A stretch of 64,000 bases of DNA from Bacteroidales bacterium (GTDB taxonomy: Bacteria; Bacteroidota; Bacteroidia; Bacteroidales; F082): NCBI GenBank assembly GCA_963676875.1, contig OY781436.1:2803281-2867280 (forward strand), in the 5' to 3' direction. Below the pieces are notes generated by a model. The model searched no databases, had not been told where the DNA came from, and was given only the letters and a program-made list of their open reading frames with translations. Position numbers and translations under genes: made by a program. Shown in pieces: positions 30,506-40,663 of the stretch. The stretch's first letter is position 1, and every line of letters starts with the position of its first letter.

Positions 30506-32995
30506 ATGAGCATGTTACATAAACATTATAACGGAGCTCAACTTGCCTCCATCATGCAAGCGCAACTGATAAGTCCCAATCCGGAAGGCATTTTGGTTGA
30601 CGATATCCTCATCGACAGCCGCCGATTGATTTCACCAACTGGAGCCTTGTTTTTCGCGCTGGCCAGTAAACGCAACAACGGACATCACTATATCGGGAGT
30701 TTGTATAAAAAAGGTGTCAGGTATTTTGTGGTGAGCCAACTGTCCAACGAATCCGAAACTTTTCCTGAAGCTTCCTTTTTTGTGGTTTCTTCCACCCTGC
30801 AAGCTTTGCAGCGATTGGCTGCTGAGCACCGCAAGAATTTTTCCATTCCCGTAATCGGTATCACAGGAAGCAATGGGAAAACCATTATCAAAGAATGGCT
30901 GTATCAATTGATGCAACCCGACAAAAGCATTATCAGAAGCCCGAAAAGCTACAACTCGCAAATTGGTGTACCTCTGTCTGTTTGGCAAATGAACGAATTT
31001 CATGAGCTGGCAATTTTCGAAGCCGGCATTTCGGAATTGGAAGAAATGTACAAACTACAACCCATCATTCAACCTACCATTGGTATTTTTACCAATATCG
31101 GGCAGGCTCACGACGAAAACTTTATTAATCACACCCAAAAAGCAGGTGAAAAACTTAATCTTTTCACGAAAGTAGGCACCTTAGTATATTGCACCGATCA
31201 CAAAGAAATCCACGGAGCAGTCATCCGTTCAGGCATTCTCAACAATATCCAAACCTTTTCCTGGGGCAAGGAAGAAACCTGCGATCTTAAAATTTGGGAA
31301 GTATTAAAGCAGGGCAATACAACCCGGATTTCAGGCAATTTCCTCTCCATTCCACAAAGCATCACCATCCCCTTTGTGGACAATGCTTCCATCGAAAATG
31401 CCATCCATTGCTGGGCTACCATGCTGTTGCTAGGCTATGAAAATGCGCTAATCAACGAACGAATGCAGCGATTGGCGCCCATTGCCATGCGTCTGGAGCT
31501 GAAGGAGGGTATCAACAATTGCACCATCATTAACGATGCGTATAATTCGGATTACAATTCACTGGTTATTGCCCTCGACTTTTTGAATCAGCAAAACCAA
31601 CACAAAAAGAAAACAGTCATCCTCTCCGACATCCTTCAAAGCGGACTGAGCGAAGTGGATTTGTATGACAATGTGGCCAACCTGCTGAAAGAGAAGAAGA
31701 TTGACCAACTTATTGGTATTGGAAAGTCCATCCGACATCAGTCGGAGAAATTCAGTGCCAACTCGTTATTTTTCGATAGTACGGAAGACTTCATGCGCAA
31801 TTTTTCGTTCGCGGGATTGTCGGGACAAAGCATCCTGCTGAAAGGTGCTCGTGTGTTTGAATTTGAACGACTGAGCCGCATTTTACAACAGAAAGCACAT
31901 GAAACCGTTCTCGAAATCAACCTCAACGGACTGATAAACAACCTGAATAAATTCAGGGCAGTGCTTCGTCCCGGAACCCGTGTGATGGCCATGGTAAAAG
32001 CCTTTTCGTACGGAGGAGGCAGCTTTGAAATTGCCAATGTACTGCAATACCACCAAGTGGACTATCTGGCTGTGGCTTATGCCGACGAAGGAGTGGAGTT
32101 GCGTAAAGCCGGTATTGAATTGCCCATCATGGTGATGAGTCCGGAAGAACACGCCATGGACACCATGATCAGGCACCAACTAGAGCCGGAAGTTTTTAGT
32201 TTTAGAACCCTGGAATTGTTGGAAAAGGCCATTAAGCGCAACGCATTGCCCCAAAACAAACCTGTAAAAATTCATTTGAAAATCGATACAGGAATGAACC
32301 GTTTGGGTTTTGGTACAGAAGAAGTTCCTGCGTTAATTTCACGCATCCAAAAAAATCCACACCTTTATTTACAGTCGGTATTTTCGCACCTGGCCGCCAG
32401 CGACAAGCCTGAATTTGACGACTTCACACGTGAACAGATACGGAAACTGCAACAAGTGAAAAGCGACATCCGGGGCATATTTGATCATGAGGTGTTGTTT
32501 CATCTGGCTAATTCCTCGGGTGTGGCACGTTTTCCTGAGGCACACATGGACATGGTACGCATGGGGATCGGCATGTATGGCATTGGCGAACCATCCTTGC
32601 AACTGGAACCCGCCATTCGTTTAAAATCGGTTTTAGTGCAGATACGTCAGGTAAAAAAGGGCGAAAGTGTGGGTTACAACAGGCGTTGGGTAGCACGGGC
32701 AGATACCCCTGTGGGCGTGGTGAGCATTGGTTATGCAGATGGACTCTTGCGCGCCTTGGGGAATGAAGTGTCGGGACTTTATATCAATGGTAAAGTGGCA
32801 CCAATTATTGGGGATGTGTGTATGGACATGTGCATGGTTGACCTAACGGGTATCAATGCCATCGAAAACGACGAGGTGGTTGTTTTCGACAAAAACCATC
32901 CCATTGAAGAGATGGCCAAAAAAGCCCAAACCATTCCATACGAAATACTTAGCCGCATCTCGCGGAGGGTAAAAAGAATTTATTACCACGAATAA
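30506..32995 (+). CDS. Bifunctional UDP-MurNAc-pentapeptide synthetase (MurF) / alanine racemase (Alr) fusion
   Basis: 829 aa. The N-terminal Mur ligase carries GITGSNGKTIIKEW. The C-terminal half carries AMVKAFSYGGG (PLP lysine region) and VGYNRRW...SIGYADG, typical of Alr. Confidence 0.9.
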   Translation: MSMLHKHYNGAQLASIMQAQLISPNPEGILVDDILIDSRRLISPTGALFFALASKRNNGHHYIGSLYKKGVRYFVVSQLSNESETFPEASFFVVSSTLQALQRLAAEHRKNFSIPVIGITGSNGKTIIKEWLYQLMQPDKSIIRSPKSYNSQIGVPLSVWQMNEFHELAIFEAGISELEEMYKLQPIIQPTIGIFTNIGQAHDENFINHTQKAGEKLNLFTKVGTLVYCTDHKEIHGAVIRSGILNNIQTFSWGKEETCDLKIWEVLKQGNTTRISGNFLSIPQSITIPFVDNASIENAIHCWATMLLLGYENALINERMQRLAPIAMRLELKEGINNCTIINDAYNSDYNSLVIALDFLNQQNQHKKKTVILSDILQSGLSEVDLYDNVANLLKEKKIDQLIGIGKSIRHQSEKFSANSLFFDSTEDFMRNFSFAGLSGQSILLKGARVFEFERLSRILQQKAHETVLEINLNGLINNLNKFRAVLRPGTRVMAMVKAFSYGGGSFEIANVLQYHQVDYLAVAYADEGVELRKAGIELPIMVMSPEEHAMDTMIRHQLEPEVFSFRTLELLEKAIKRNALPQNKPVKIHLKIDTGMNRLGFGTEEVPALISRIQKNPHLYLQSVFSHLAASDKPEFDDFTREQIRKLQQVKSDIRGIFDHEVLFHLANSSGVARFPEAHMDMVRMGIGMYGIGEPSLQLEPAIRLKSVLVQIRQVKKGESVGYNRRWVARADTPVGVVSIGYADGLLRALGNEVSGLYINGKVAPIIGDVCMDMCMVDLTGINAIENDEVVVFDKNHPIEEMAKKAQTIPYEILSRISRRVKRIYYHE

Positions 32996-33050
32996 AAAAA
33001 CCCGGTTTGCTTTATACAACCCGGATTTTTAAGTGGAGATTTAAAATAAG

Positions 33051-33593
33051 TTAGAGGGGATTGGCCGTTACAAAAGCCCTGATGGTAACACTCATAGTAA
33101 AGGTCATGTCGTCTTGATCCGTTTGACCTACCACATCCACTGTAAATACATTTTTGGCGCTCAGGATGTCGCTCAGTTTTTCCAGCTGTCCGTTCTCGTT
33201 GCTGAGGGTAATCACGGTACCTTCTTCGATGGGTTGGTCTGTAAACACCCAGGAAGCTGCCGGTAGATTTCCGGAAGTAATATCCACATCAGCCGACATT
33301 ACGGCATTGGTACTTACGCTTATAATGGTAGCCGTGGCTTCAATAATTTCAATGGATTGAATATTATTGGCATAAGTAGCCAGGTCGCTGTTCGACATGG
33401 GATCAATGGTAGTGGTTGATTCAAATACCCCATTGGTGGCCTTCAATGTTGAGGGAGAAACTACTATGGGTAAATCGGTAGTGTAATCAGCTTCGAAAGT
33501 AACATCAAGCAGTTCTTTTGTTTCGTTACAACCGGAGAATACCAATCCTGACAATAAGAGCGAGGCAAATAAAAATCGGGCTAAATTTTTCAT
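33051..33593 (-). CDS. Hypothetical lipoprotein
   Basis: 180 aa with a lipobox LVFSGC after a signal peptide. No family recognised. Confidence 0.55.
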   Translation of the reverse strand: MKNLARFLFASLLLSGLVFSGCNETKELLDVTFEADYTTDLPIVVSPSTLKATNGVFESTTTIDPMSNSDLATYANNIQSIEIIEATATIISVSTNAVMSADVDITSGNLPAASWVFTDQPIEEGTVITLSNENGQLEKLSDILSAKNVFTVDVVGQTDQDDMTFTMSVTIRAFVTANPL

Positions 33594-33694
33594 GATTTTA
33601 GAGTTAATGAATAATTGTATTGTTGCAAAAGTAATAAATATGGTTGTAATGTCAAGATAATTTGGAATAAATTTAAATAGTGTCAGGTCGTTAA

Positions 33695-34396
33695 TTATAC
33701 CAACATGGGATGCAGCAACTCGATGCCATTTACATATTTTGAGCTTTTGGTCAGCCTGAAAGGGAGGTTGTTTGAGACCATGGGGGCCAAATCGTCATCT
33801 TTTTTATCATACTTCAGTTCCACAATAATGTCCTCGCTGCGATGTTTTTCAAGAAAATTATTGTTGTTGATACCTATACCAAAATATTGAAGTTCATTAT
33901 CGATGGTGAGCCGGAATTTGGAATTGAAAGTCATGAAGTATTTGCGGCGGTAGCGATTGAGCAATGAAGGCCTCAACTGAACCAACACATCAAAAACCCA
34001 GTCGGGTAGATTGGAGTCGTGAAATACCTGATTTAACTTTTCGATGTCAAGATGCTGATCCACTACAAAAGGAACTAAAGGAAATGAAAGCTTGTTACCC
34101 AACATTCCCTCCCTTATTTTAAACTCAACAATGGGTTTCTCTACACGTCCGGTAATGTCACCATACCAACGGATACGTACTTTTTTCCGGCTTCCTTTTC
34201 CAAAAACGTTGTCGTAAAACGACTCAAAGACAGGCGTGTCAAAATAAATATTATTAATGTACCTGGGATAGTATATGGGTGAAAATGCCGAACGATGCAG
34301 TCGAATCTGCTGCTCCACGGCAGGGTAACTCATATCCGTAACCAGAAACTTCCGTTCGTACCTGCTAATATCTTCGTTGAAAGGAGGAAAAAACAT
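33695..34396 (-). CDS. VTC-domain (triphosphate-tunnel, polyphosphate-polymerase-like) protein
   Basis: 233 aa. YERKFLV...YFDT...IRIRWYG...VELKYD is a strand pattern typical of bacterial VTC/CYTH-like tunnel proteins. Confidence 0.7.
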   Translation of the reverse strand: MFFPPFNEDISRYERKFLVTDMSYPAVEQQIRLHRSAFSPIYYPRYINNIYFDTPVFESFYDNVFGKGSRKKVRIRWYGDITGRVEKPIVEFKIREGMLGNKLSFPLVPFVVDQHLDIEKLNQVFHDSNLPDWVFDVLVQLRPSLLNRYRRKYFMTFNSKFRLTIDNELQYFGIGINNNNFLEKHRSEDIIVELKYDKKDDDLAPMVSNNLPFRLTKSSKYVNGIELLHPMLV

Positions 34397-34441
34397 GTGT
34401 TTCTGTTATATGGGAAATAAAAAATGGGATTTTATTAATAA

Positions 34442-35125
34442 TTAAAAGGTTTTGCTTTCAACAAACGAAACCCGAACACTGTCGCCATATTTAGCTACGT
34501 TTCTTTTAAATTCGGCCAACTTGTTCTGATTGGGAACATCCACCAAAAAAGAAGCTTCTATCAGTTGGTTGTTTTCGTCGTAACGGCGCAGACTGCTTTT
34601 ACCAAATGCCATCTTAACAGCATCAATAATTTCATCCAATTGCACGTCGCCGGCTTTGGCCGAAAAGCTCAGATATAGGTTTTGATCCTGTGCATGTTTG
34701 CCTTTCAGGAAGAAGCGACCCCACAATATCACCATCCCCACCACGAAAGCAGCGATGATGATTAAGGTTTGATTGGCACCCAAACCCAATCCCAACGCAA
34801 TGGCAAAAAAGATATAAGCCAACTCTTCCGGCTCTTTAATGGCAGCCCTGAAACGTACAATCGACAACGCACCAACCAAACCCAAAGAAAGGGCCAGTGA
34901 AGATTTTACGATAGTGATAATCAACATGGTAGTGAACGCAATAAGCAGAAAAATACCCGCGAACTGGCGTCGATTGGAAATGGTTCTTGAACACTTGATG
35001 TAGGTAAATTCCAGAATTATCGATAATATGATCACTACACCGGCATTAACCAAAAAATCGGTTAACGATATTTGTTGCTCCTGGGTAATTAAAAACTTTT
35101 GAAACAGATTCCACTTATCGTTCAT
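34442..35125 (-). CDS. DUF4956-family integral membrane protein
   Basis: 227 aa with about 4 TM helices. SLGLVGALSIVRFRAAIKEPEELAYIFFAIALGLGLGA matches my memory of the DUF4956 core. There is a 45-nt gap to the VTC gene. Confidence 0.7.
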   Translation of the reverse strand: MNDKWNLFQKFLITQEQQISLTDFLVNAGVVIILSIILEFTYIKCSRTISNRRQFAGIFLLIAFTTMLIITIVKSSLALSLGLVGALSIVRFRAAIKEPEELAYIFFAIALGLGLGANQTLIIIAAFVVGMVILWGRFFLKGKHAQDQNLYLSFSAKAGDVQLDEIIDAVKMAFGKSSLRRYDENNQLIEASFLVDVPNQNKLAEFKRNVAKYGDSVRVSFVESKTF

Positions 35126-35156
35126 GATATGAATAGTATTTTAAAAATTAAGGTTG

Positions 35157-35164
35157 CAAATGTA
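35157..35164 (-). promoter_or_regulatory. -7 box TACATTTG for the DUF4956-VTC pair
   Basis: Exact TAnnTTTG on the minus strand, 32 nt upstream of the ATG at 35125. Confidence 0.35.
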
Positions 35165-35273
35165 TGAAAAAACGCTAATGACTAGGTGTTGATTTATATT
35201 TGTAAGGAACGGGATTTCCTCCTGAATATTACTCTGAAAAGCGCCGGTTTGCTTCATGATCATGTTTGAGCGG

Positions 35274-38200
35274 TTAATAGAATAATTTAGCAGCCTCGGA
35301 TATATCACCTTTTATTAACTGACCATTATAATTGACTAAAGAACCTATTTCAATCAGCATTTTTATTTCCGAATCAGTTATTTTTGAGTTTTTCAACACC
35401 ATACTTGCAGGTCCATACTCTGGTTTCTTTTGCAAAAGTACCAACCCATATTTACAACCATTAACCGTGGAGTTCTCCACTTCGAGAATGGAAAGATCCT
35501 TGGATGCAAGCCCAATGTTGCAATCGGTAATGTCCACCTGATCGAGGGTTAAATGCGAATCTTCTCCTCCACTTACTCCTTTGTCGTTAGCTTGGGAGAT
35601 ATTCACCCGGCTAATCAATATTTGACTTCCGGAGAAATCAATGGCGTCATTACCAATTAGGTTAAAGTCAGTGTTCAGCACTTGCCCCTTACTGAAATCA
35701 GAGTCGAAGGCATCTCCAAAAATTCGTGAAAATGATGAATGATTTAAAACAAACTCCGATCGTACCACATTTAGGGCATCTTCGCAATGATTGTCGATGA
35801 ATGTCACCTGATCCATTTCCACATCCGATTCATAAAAAGTTACGGCTCCGGTCAAAGTCCAACCCTTGTAATTGAGTGTGTTCAGGTTTCGGAACGTGGT
35901 GTTTTTAACAATTGACTTTCCCTTGGCCTGAAGGATTGTAAATCCATTGGCAGAAGAATCGGAAGAAGTAATGGTGATGGGCTGTTCGGGAGTTCCTTCC
36001 ATGAAAATGGGCGAACAGGAAATAAACATGGCCTGATTAATCAGGTTTATCACTGTTCCGGGTTGAAAATATACCTTGAATCCCTCAGGAATGATTATGG
36101 GACTATCGACCGACAAGCTGTCTTTTCTGATGAAGATGTTTGTTCCGTCAACATGATCAACATAAGGGCTTTCCGTCAGATTCACGTGTTGAAACAATTC
36201 TTGACGTGGTGTAATCCCGTTGGGATATGGCCATCGATAAATGGGAACATTAAATACTTCGTCACTATTTTCTCGTTTAAAAAACAAAAAGTTGGCCAAC
36301 GTATCCACTTTCAGGTTCAGAAGCGTGCCATCCAAACCCTGCTTATAGGCATCAATCATCAAGGTCTGTGAAAAATAATTATAAATAAAATTGCTTTTTT
36401 CACTGGTGCCCAACAAAATGATATTCTCAGGATAATAGTTATGAACACTGATAAACAGACTATCCGTCATTGTTTTTTCTATATAGGCATGCACGAAGTA
36501 AGCGGGAGAAATAAATCTCAGGTTACTGTCGGCTACATACATTTTTTCAGAAGGGCGAAGTTGATTGGACGATTCGAGATAAGCCGCCAGCTCTTTTCTG
36601 ATTTGAGGGAGATAGTTTTGAATGGATTTGGCGCTTTTTTTGAAAAAACTACTATCGAAACGGTAATACGGGAATTCGAGCCGGAGGAGCGAGTCGTATA
36701 ACTTTGTTTCACCTGAAAGAGCAGCCATTTGTTCATCAATGGTATTTTCCTGACTAATTTTATCCAGATAAAATAAATATTTGCTCACAAAAGCTGAATC
36801 ACTAAACAAGTCGTAATACAGAAATTCATCCGGTTTGGATTCATTGGCATGTATGATATTGTGCGCCAGGTTATCGTTGATGCTTACATCCAGATGTTCA
36901 TGTGCCGTGTAACCATCAAAGGCAATGGGCTCCAGTTTGCTGATAACCGGGTTGTAATAAAACCGCTGATTGTGCCAAGCCATGCCATGTCGCGCATGGG
37001 TTAGGTCGAGCATGGCATAGTAGGCAGCCAACCTGTCTAAATCAAAAATGTCCGTAGGGCTCTGGGTATGCGATTTGTACTGATACATGAGTTGCTGAGC
37101 ATGAAGAAACTCATTGTACAATGTGGGATTTTCTAAGATCGATCCTTCTCCGAAGGGTAATATGTTAGCCGACTCGAAAAAAGGCACATCCGACCATCGT
37201 TTTTCTTTGGCATAAAGTTTTTGCACCTGCCAGAAGGCGTCTTCCGAGAATTTCAGAATGGGGCCTTCACGCCTGTTTCGCCACTCCAGCAGTTGCTTCT
37301 TAAAGTGCTCCTCCCAGGCATATAGTCCTTTTGGTTGTCGGTTGAATATCACCGGAACAAATCCATACCGGGTGGTAAGCACATCCTGACTTTGGTATAA
37401 TTTATGGGCGATCCACTCCATAATATAATCGCGAGCTTCAGGGGTTTGAATGGAGAATGTCCTCAGTCGGTTCCAGGCACCGCCCTTTCGCATTTTTATC
37501 CTATACGACCATTTGTCGCCGGCGAGGTGGTCGAGCCAATCGCCTTTCAAGCGGAGCTTAATCTTCATCATTTCATCGTTTTGAAACATGAAGCCTTTCA
37601 CCCAATCGTTGTCGGCAGATTCTAATATCCCGCTCTCGAAAGCTTTTTTCCTTTTTTTGTAGATTTTCCGGTAAGCCGTGGTATCCATCTCAATCACGAT
37701 GGGCTTTTCTTTGTAATTGGGATATTCCGGCGCAGATAACCTCTCGATGGTAAGGTCGTCAAAATACACTGTATCACTTCCGTTATTCCACACGTAAAAA
37801 GACAGCTTCTCATTTTCGAAAGTAGGAGGGGTCCTTAGGTTTATTTCCAATTTCTCCCATCCATTGTTTGCAGTATCAATAGGTTTATTTTCAGCTAAAT
37901 AAAGCAATTTCGGATCAGATGCGGCTACGATCAAGGGCCCTGCACCATCAGCGGATTTGCGCCAAACGCTCACCTTGTAAAACTGATCTGCACCCACCTG
38001 GTCGATGGTATATGCCATCCCATAAGCTTTCGTTTTGGGGATGGTAAGCACACTATATTTACCTGAATACACTTGCAAATCAGACTGTTGATTACCGCTG
38101 TTAAACAGTTGAGTGGAATCACCAACAGCCACAAACTTGTTACCATCAGCAGTTTTGGTTTCTGCATCGCAAATAATTTTTTTGCCTGGGGGGAAATGGT

Positions 38201-38288
38201 CCGATGGGACACATGCTGTTAGAAAAAAAAAGGTAGCCCACAGAAAAACAAACCCATTAAAACAGTTACTTTTGCTAAACCAATGCAT
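35274..38288 (-). CDS. CotH-family (atypical kinase fold) lipoprotein with C-terminal right-handed beta-helix repeats
   Basis: ORF 35274..38375. I prefer the ATG at 38288 (MHWFSKSNCFNGFVFLWATFFFLTAC lipobox) because a TATCTTTG box lies at 38317-38324. The CotH-like core is WSYRIKMRKGGAWNRLRTFSIQTPEARDYIMEWIAHKLY...GLYAWEEHF. The last ~300 aa contain parallel-beta-helix-like repeats. Confidence 0.75.
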   Translation of the reverse strand: MHWFSKSNCFNGFVFLWATFFFLTACVPSDHFPPGKKIICDAETKTADGNKFVAVGDSTQLFNSGNQQSDLQVYSGKYSVLTIPKTKAYGMAYTIDQVGADQFYKVSVWRKSADGAGPLIVAASDPKLLYLAENKPIDTANNGWEKLEINLRTPPTFENEKLSFYVWNNGSDTVYFDDLTIERLSAPEYPNYKEKPIVIEMDTTAYRKIYKKRKKAFESGILESADNDWVKGFMFQNDEMMKIKLRLKGDWLDHLAGDKWSYRIKMRKGGAWNRLRTFSIQTPEARDYIMEWIAHKLYQSQDVLTTRYGFVPVIFNRQPKGLYAWEEHFKKQLLEWRNRREGPILKFSEDAFWQVQKLYAKEKRWSDVPFFESANILPFGEGSILENPTLYNEFLHAQQLMYQYKSHTQSPTDIFDLDRLAAYYAMLDLTHARHGMAWHNQRFYYNPVISKLEPIAFDGYTAHEHLDVSINDNLAHNIIHANESKPDEFLYYDLFSDSAFVSKYLFYLDKISQENTIDEQMAALSGETKLYDSLLRLEFPYYRFDSSFFKKSAKSIQNYLPQIRKELAAYLESSNQLRPSEKMYVADSNLRFISPAYFVHAYIEKTMTDSLFISVHNYYPENIILLGTSEKSNFIYNYFSQTLMIDAYKQGLDGTLLNLKVDTLANFLFFKRENSDEVFNVPIYRWPYPNGITPRQELFQHVNLTESPYVDHVDGTNIFIRKDSLSVDSPIIIPEGFKVYFQPGTVINLINQAMFISCSPIFMEGTPEQPITITSSDSSANGFTILQAKGKSIVKNTTFRNLNTLNYKGWTLTGAVTFYESDVEMDQVTFIDNHCEDALNVVRSEFVLNHSSFSRIFGDAFDSDFSKGQVLNTDFNLIGNDAIDFSGSQILISRVNISQANDKGVSGGEDSHLTLDQVDITDCNIGLASKDLSILEVENSTVNGCKYGLVLLQKKPEYGPASMVLKNSKITDSEIKMLIEIGSLVNYNGQLIKGDISEAAKLFY

Positions 38289-38307
38289 AGAAAATAAATT
38301 ACCTGTA

Positions 38308-38324
38308 TAACTTTGGCAAAGATA
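38308..38324. promoter_or_regulatory. Back-to-back divergent -7 boxes TAACTTTG (+) / TATCTTTG (-)
   Basis: The sequence is TAACTTTGGCAAAGATA. The plus box serves the 38362 gene and the minus box serves the CotH gene. Confidence 0.4.
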
Positions 38325-38361
38325 GATGAAAAGAAAGAACAATAAAGGACTGATAGTTTTT

Positions 38362-39816
38362 ATGATGCGGTTCATTTGGATATTAATGCTTTTACCTCAA
38401 ATGTTATTCAGTCAATCAGAACATGGTATCACATTTGGAAGCATAAACAATGATAACGGGATGTCATTGGCTTTAACAACAGATGGTGGATACATAATAT
38501 CCGGTACAACCAGGAACTTAAGTGTAAGCAGCGAAGATATTTATGTGATACGGATAAATGCTCAAGGGCAGCTTGTTTGGTCTAAAACATTTGGAGGAAT
38601 CCATCAGGATTTCGGACGAACCATTATTTCAGTTGCTGATGGATACATTTTGGGGGGAGACACATGGGACGGAGGTGACCCAAGAACAGCCATGTACATG
38701 TGCATGATTGATAATCAGGGAAACAAAGTATGGGACAAGCAATACGGTGGTGATTTCGATGAAAAAGGATTTAAAATTATCCAAACTAATGATGGCGGAT
38801 TTGCATTTGTTGGATATTCCAGAAGTTACGATTTGATTGGAAACATTTTTCTTGTAAAAACCGATGCTCAGGGTAATGAGATATGGAGAAACGACTACGG
38901 TTTTAATGGCGATGATTATGCAATGGGCATTGTTGAAAATGAGGACGGAAGTTTTATCATTGCCGGCACAAAGGATGGGTTTTTTAATGATGTTCATGCT
39001 AATTTTGGAGCTCATGATGCAGACATACAATTGATTAAAGTTGATTCGAATGGCCAGGAAATATGGAAGAAATTGATTGGACTTTCGGGACACGATTTTG
39101 GATATGCCATTAAAAAAGCCCAATCCGGTGGATATTACATCTTCGGCTCAACTCAATCTTATGGTGCCGGAAGCTTTGATATGTTTTTAAGTAAAGTGGA
39201 CAATGAAGGGAATGAAGAATGGCATCGCACATTTGGAGGAGCCAAATACGAATATGGTGTTTCTATGGACATCAATGAACAAGATGAGTTGTTTTTGTTT
39301 GGAACTACTAAAAGTTTGAGTGAGGATGGAAGTGCCGACATGTATCTTGTCAAGGCCGATAACTCCGGCGAACCTATTTGGGAATTAACACTTGGCGGGG
39401 ATTTATCTGATTTTGGCAATTCAGTTGTGGCCACGGCAGATAGCGGATGTGCCATTGTAGGCAGTTCGCAAAGTTTTGGGGCAGGAGGGTTTGATGTTTT
39501 GTTTGCCAAAGTAAATAAAAACGGACAACTTGAACAGCTCCTCAACGGACTCGACACCATAGATGAAAACCAATTGGTTGTTGCTCCAAACCCGGTTAAT
39601 CAAATGGGTAAAATAATAGTTAAAGACAATAATTTAGCAACTTCCCTGGAGATGGAAGTAATATCTGTGGATGGAACATCAGTTAGAAAATATTTGTTGA
39701 ATCCTCCTGAATACCTTTTCAATGTATCCGATTTAGCAGCCGGTATTTATATTTACAAAATTATCAGGCACAATAGTCCTGATGTCATTTACAGAGGCAA
39801 ATTGATTATCTACTGA
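38362..39816 (+). CDS. Secreted beta-propeller-repeat protein with T9SS C-terminal sorting domain
   Basis: Trimmed to the ATG at 38362 (MMRFIWILMLLPQMLFSQ). About 7 repeats of GG..D.G..I..T.DGGY.I.G.T.S.G.G..D....K.D..G...W. The CTD is VVAPNPVNQ...GIYIYKI...GKLIIY. Confidence 0.8.
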   Translation: MMRFIWILMLLPQMLFSQSEHGITFGSINNDNGMSLALTTDGGYIISGTTRNLSVSSEDIYVIRINAQGQLVWSKTFGGIHQDFGRTIISVADGYILGGDTWDGGDPRTAMYMCMIDNQGNKVWDKQYGGDFDEKGFKIIQTNDGGFAFVGYSRSYDLIGNIFLVKTDAQGNEIWRNDYGFNGDDYAMGIVENEDGSFIIAGTKDGFFNDVHANFGAHDADIQLIKVDSNGQEIWKKLIGLSGHDFGYAIKKAQSGGYYIFGSTQSYGAGSFDMFLSKVDNEGNEEWHRTFGGAKYEYGVSMDINEQDELFLFGTTKSLSEDGSADMYLVKADNSGEPIWELTLGGDLSDFGNSVVATADSGCAIVGSSQSFGAGGFDVLFAKVNKNGQLEQLLNGLDTIDENQLVVAPNPVNQMGKIIVKDNNLATSLEMEVISVDGTSVRKYLLNPPEYLFNVSDLAAGIYIYKIIRHNSPDVIYRGKLIIY

Positions 39817-39817
39817 G

Positions 39818-40663
39818 TTAGTTGATCAATAGCGAATCAAGATTATGAAACCTGTAATTCAGTTGTTTTAGCCCTTTGTCGTAATCAAAAATAAGTACGT
39901 TGTCCTCGGGATCGTTATGATAAAGTCCACAACCCAAAAAATGAATCCCATCGTCTGAATCCATCTGAAACTTTTTGGGACCAGACCCCATATCACCAAC
40001 AATGCAAATAACTTCGATTCCCCGCTCTTTTACCTCCAATAATTTGGGATAAACCACTTGGACAAAGTTGGTGTTGATTGAATCACAATTGGCATTCCAG
40101 AATTTCAAATCGCTTTGCGCATAAGTTGGCGGAGGTGGTAATCCGGGAACGTCACGCCAAAGTCCATGATGCATGATTAATATGAAGTATGACGATTGCT
40201 CGATGGTATCGCAAACGTTGGTAATGATATTAAATTCCTCATCAATTGCCTCGCAATTGGTGGGCACTAAATTGGTATTCAAAACAATTCGTGTTATCCC
40301 ATTAGAACTATATGCATAATAAGTTTTTTTACCAGTAAATTGTTCATACCATTCCCAATTCCCATTTCGGGCATCATGATTTCCCAGTGCCCAATGAGTT
40401 TCCGGGTTTCCTAAATTAAACACCCCATCGATGTATTCCATGGTAGCATAATCCAACATGGCCTCTGAGCTTACATCGCCACCAAGCCATATTCCCAAAT
40501 AGGGTGTTTTATCCAATTGTTCAAGACGATAATCAACATGATACGCTGTTGAACCATTTTGGTAACAATGTCCGGCAAACAAATACTTGATGTTGTTTTG
40601 GGCCTCTGTTGAAGTGCCCAAAACAACAAGCAAAAGAGCGAAAAAGGAGCCTAATATTCTCAT
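39818..40663 (-). CDS. Secreted calcineurin-like metallophosphoesterase
   Basis: 281 aa with a signal peptide. GNHD, MHHG and GDMG motifs are present. Confidence 0.7.
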   Translation of the reverse strand: MRILGSFFALLLVVLGTSTEAQNNIKYLFAGHCYQNGSTAYHVDYRLEQLDKTPYLGIWLGGDVSSEAMLDYATMEYIDGVFNLGNPETHWALGNHDARNGNWEWYEQFTGKKTYYAYSSNGITRIVLNTNLVPTNCEAIDEEFNIITNVCDTIEQSSYFILIMHHGLWRDVPGLPPPPTYAQSDLKFWNANCDSINTNFVQVVYPKLLEVKERGIEVICIVGDMGSGPKKFQMDSDDGIHFLGCGLYHNDPEDNVLIFDYDKGLKQLNYRFHNLDSLLIN

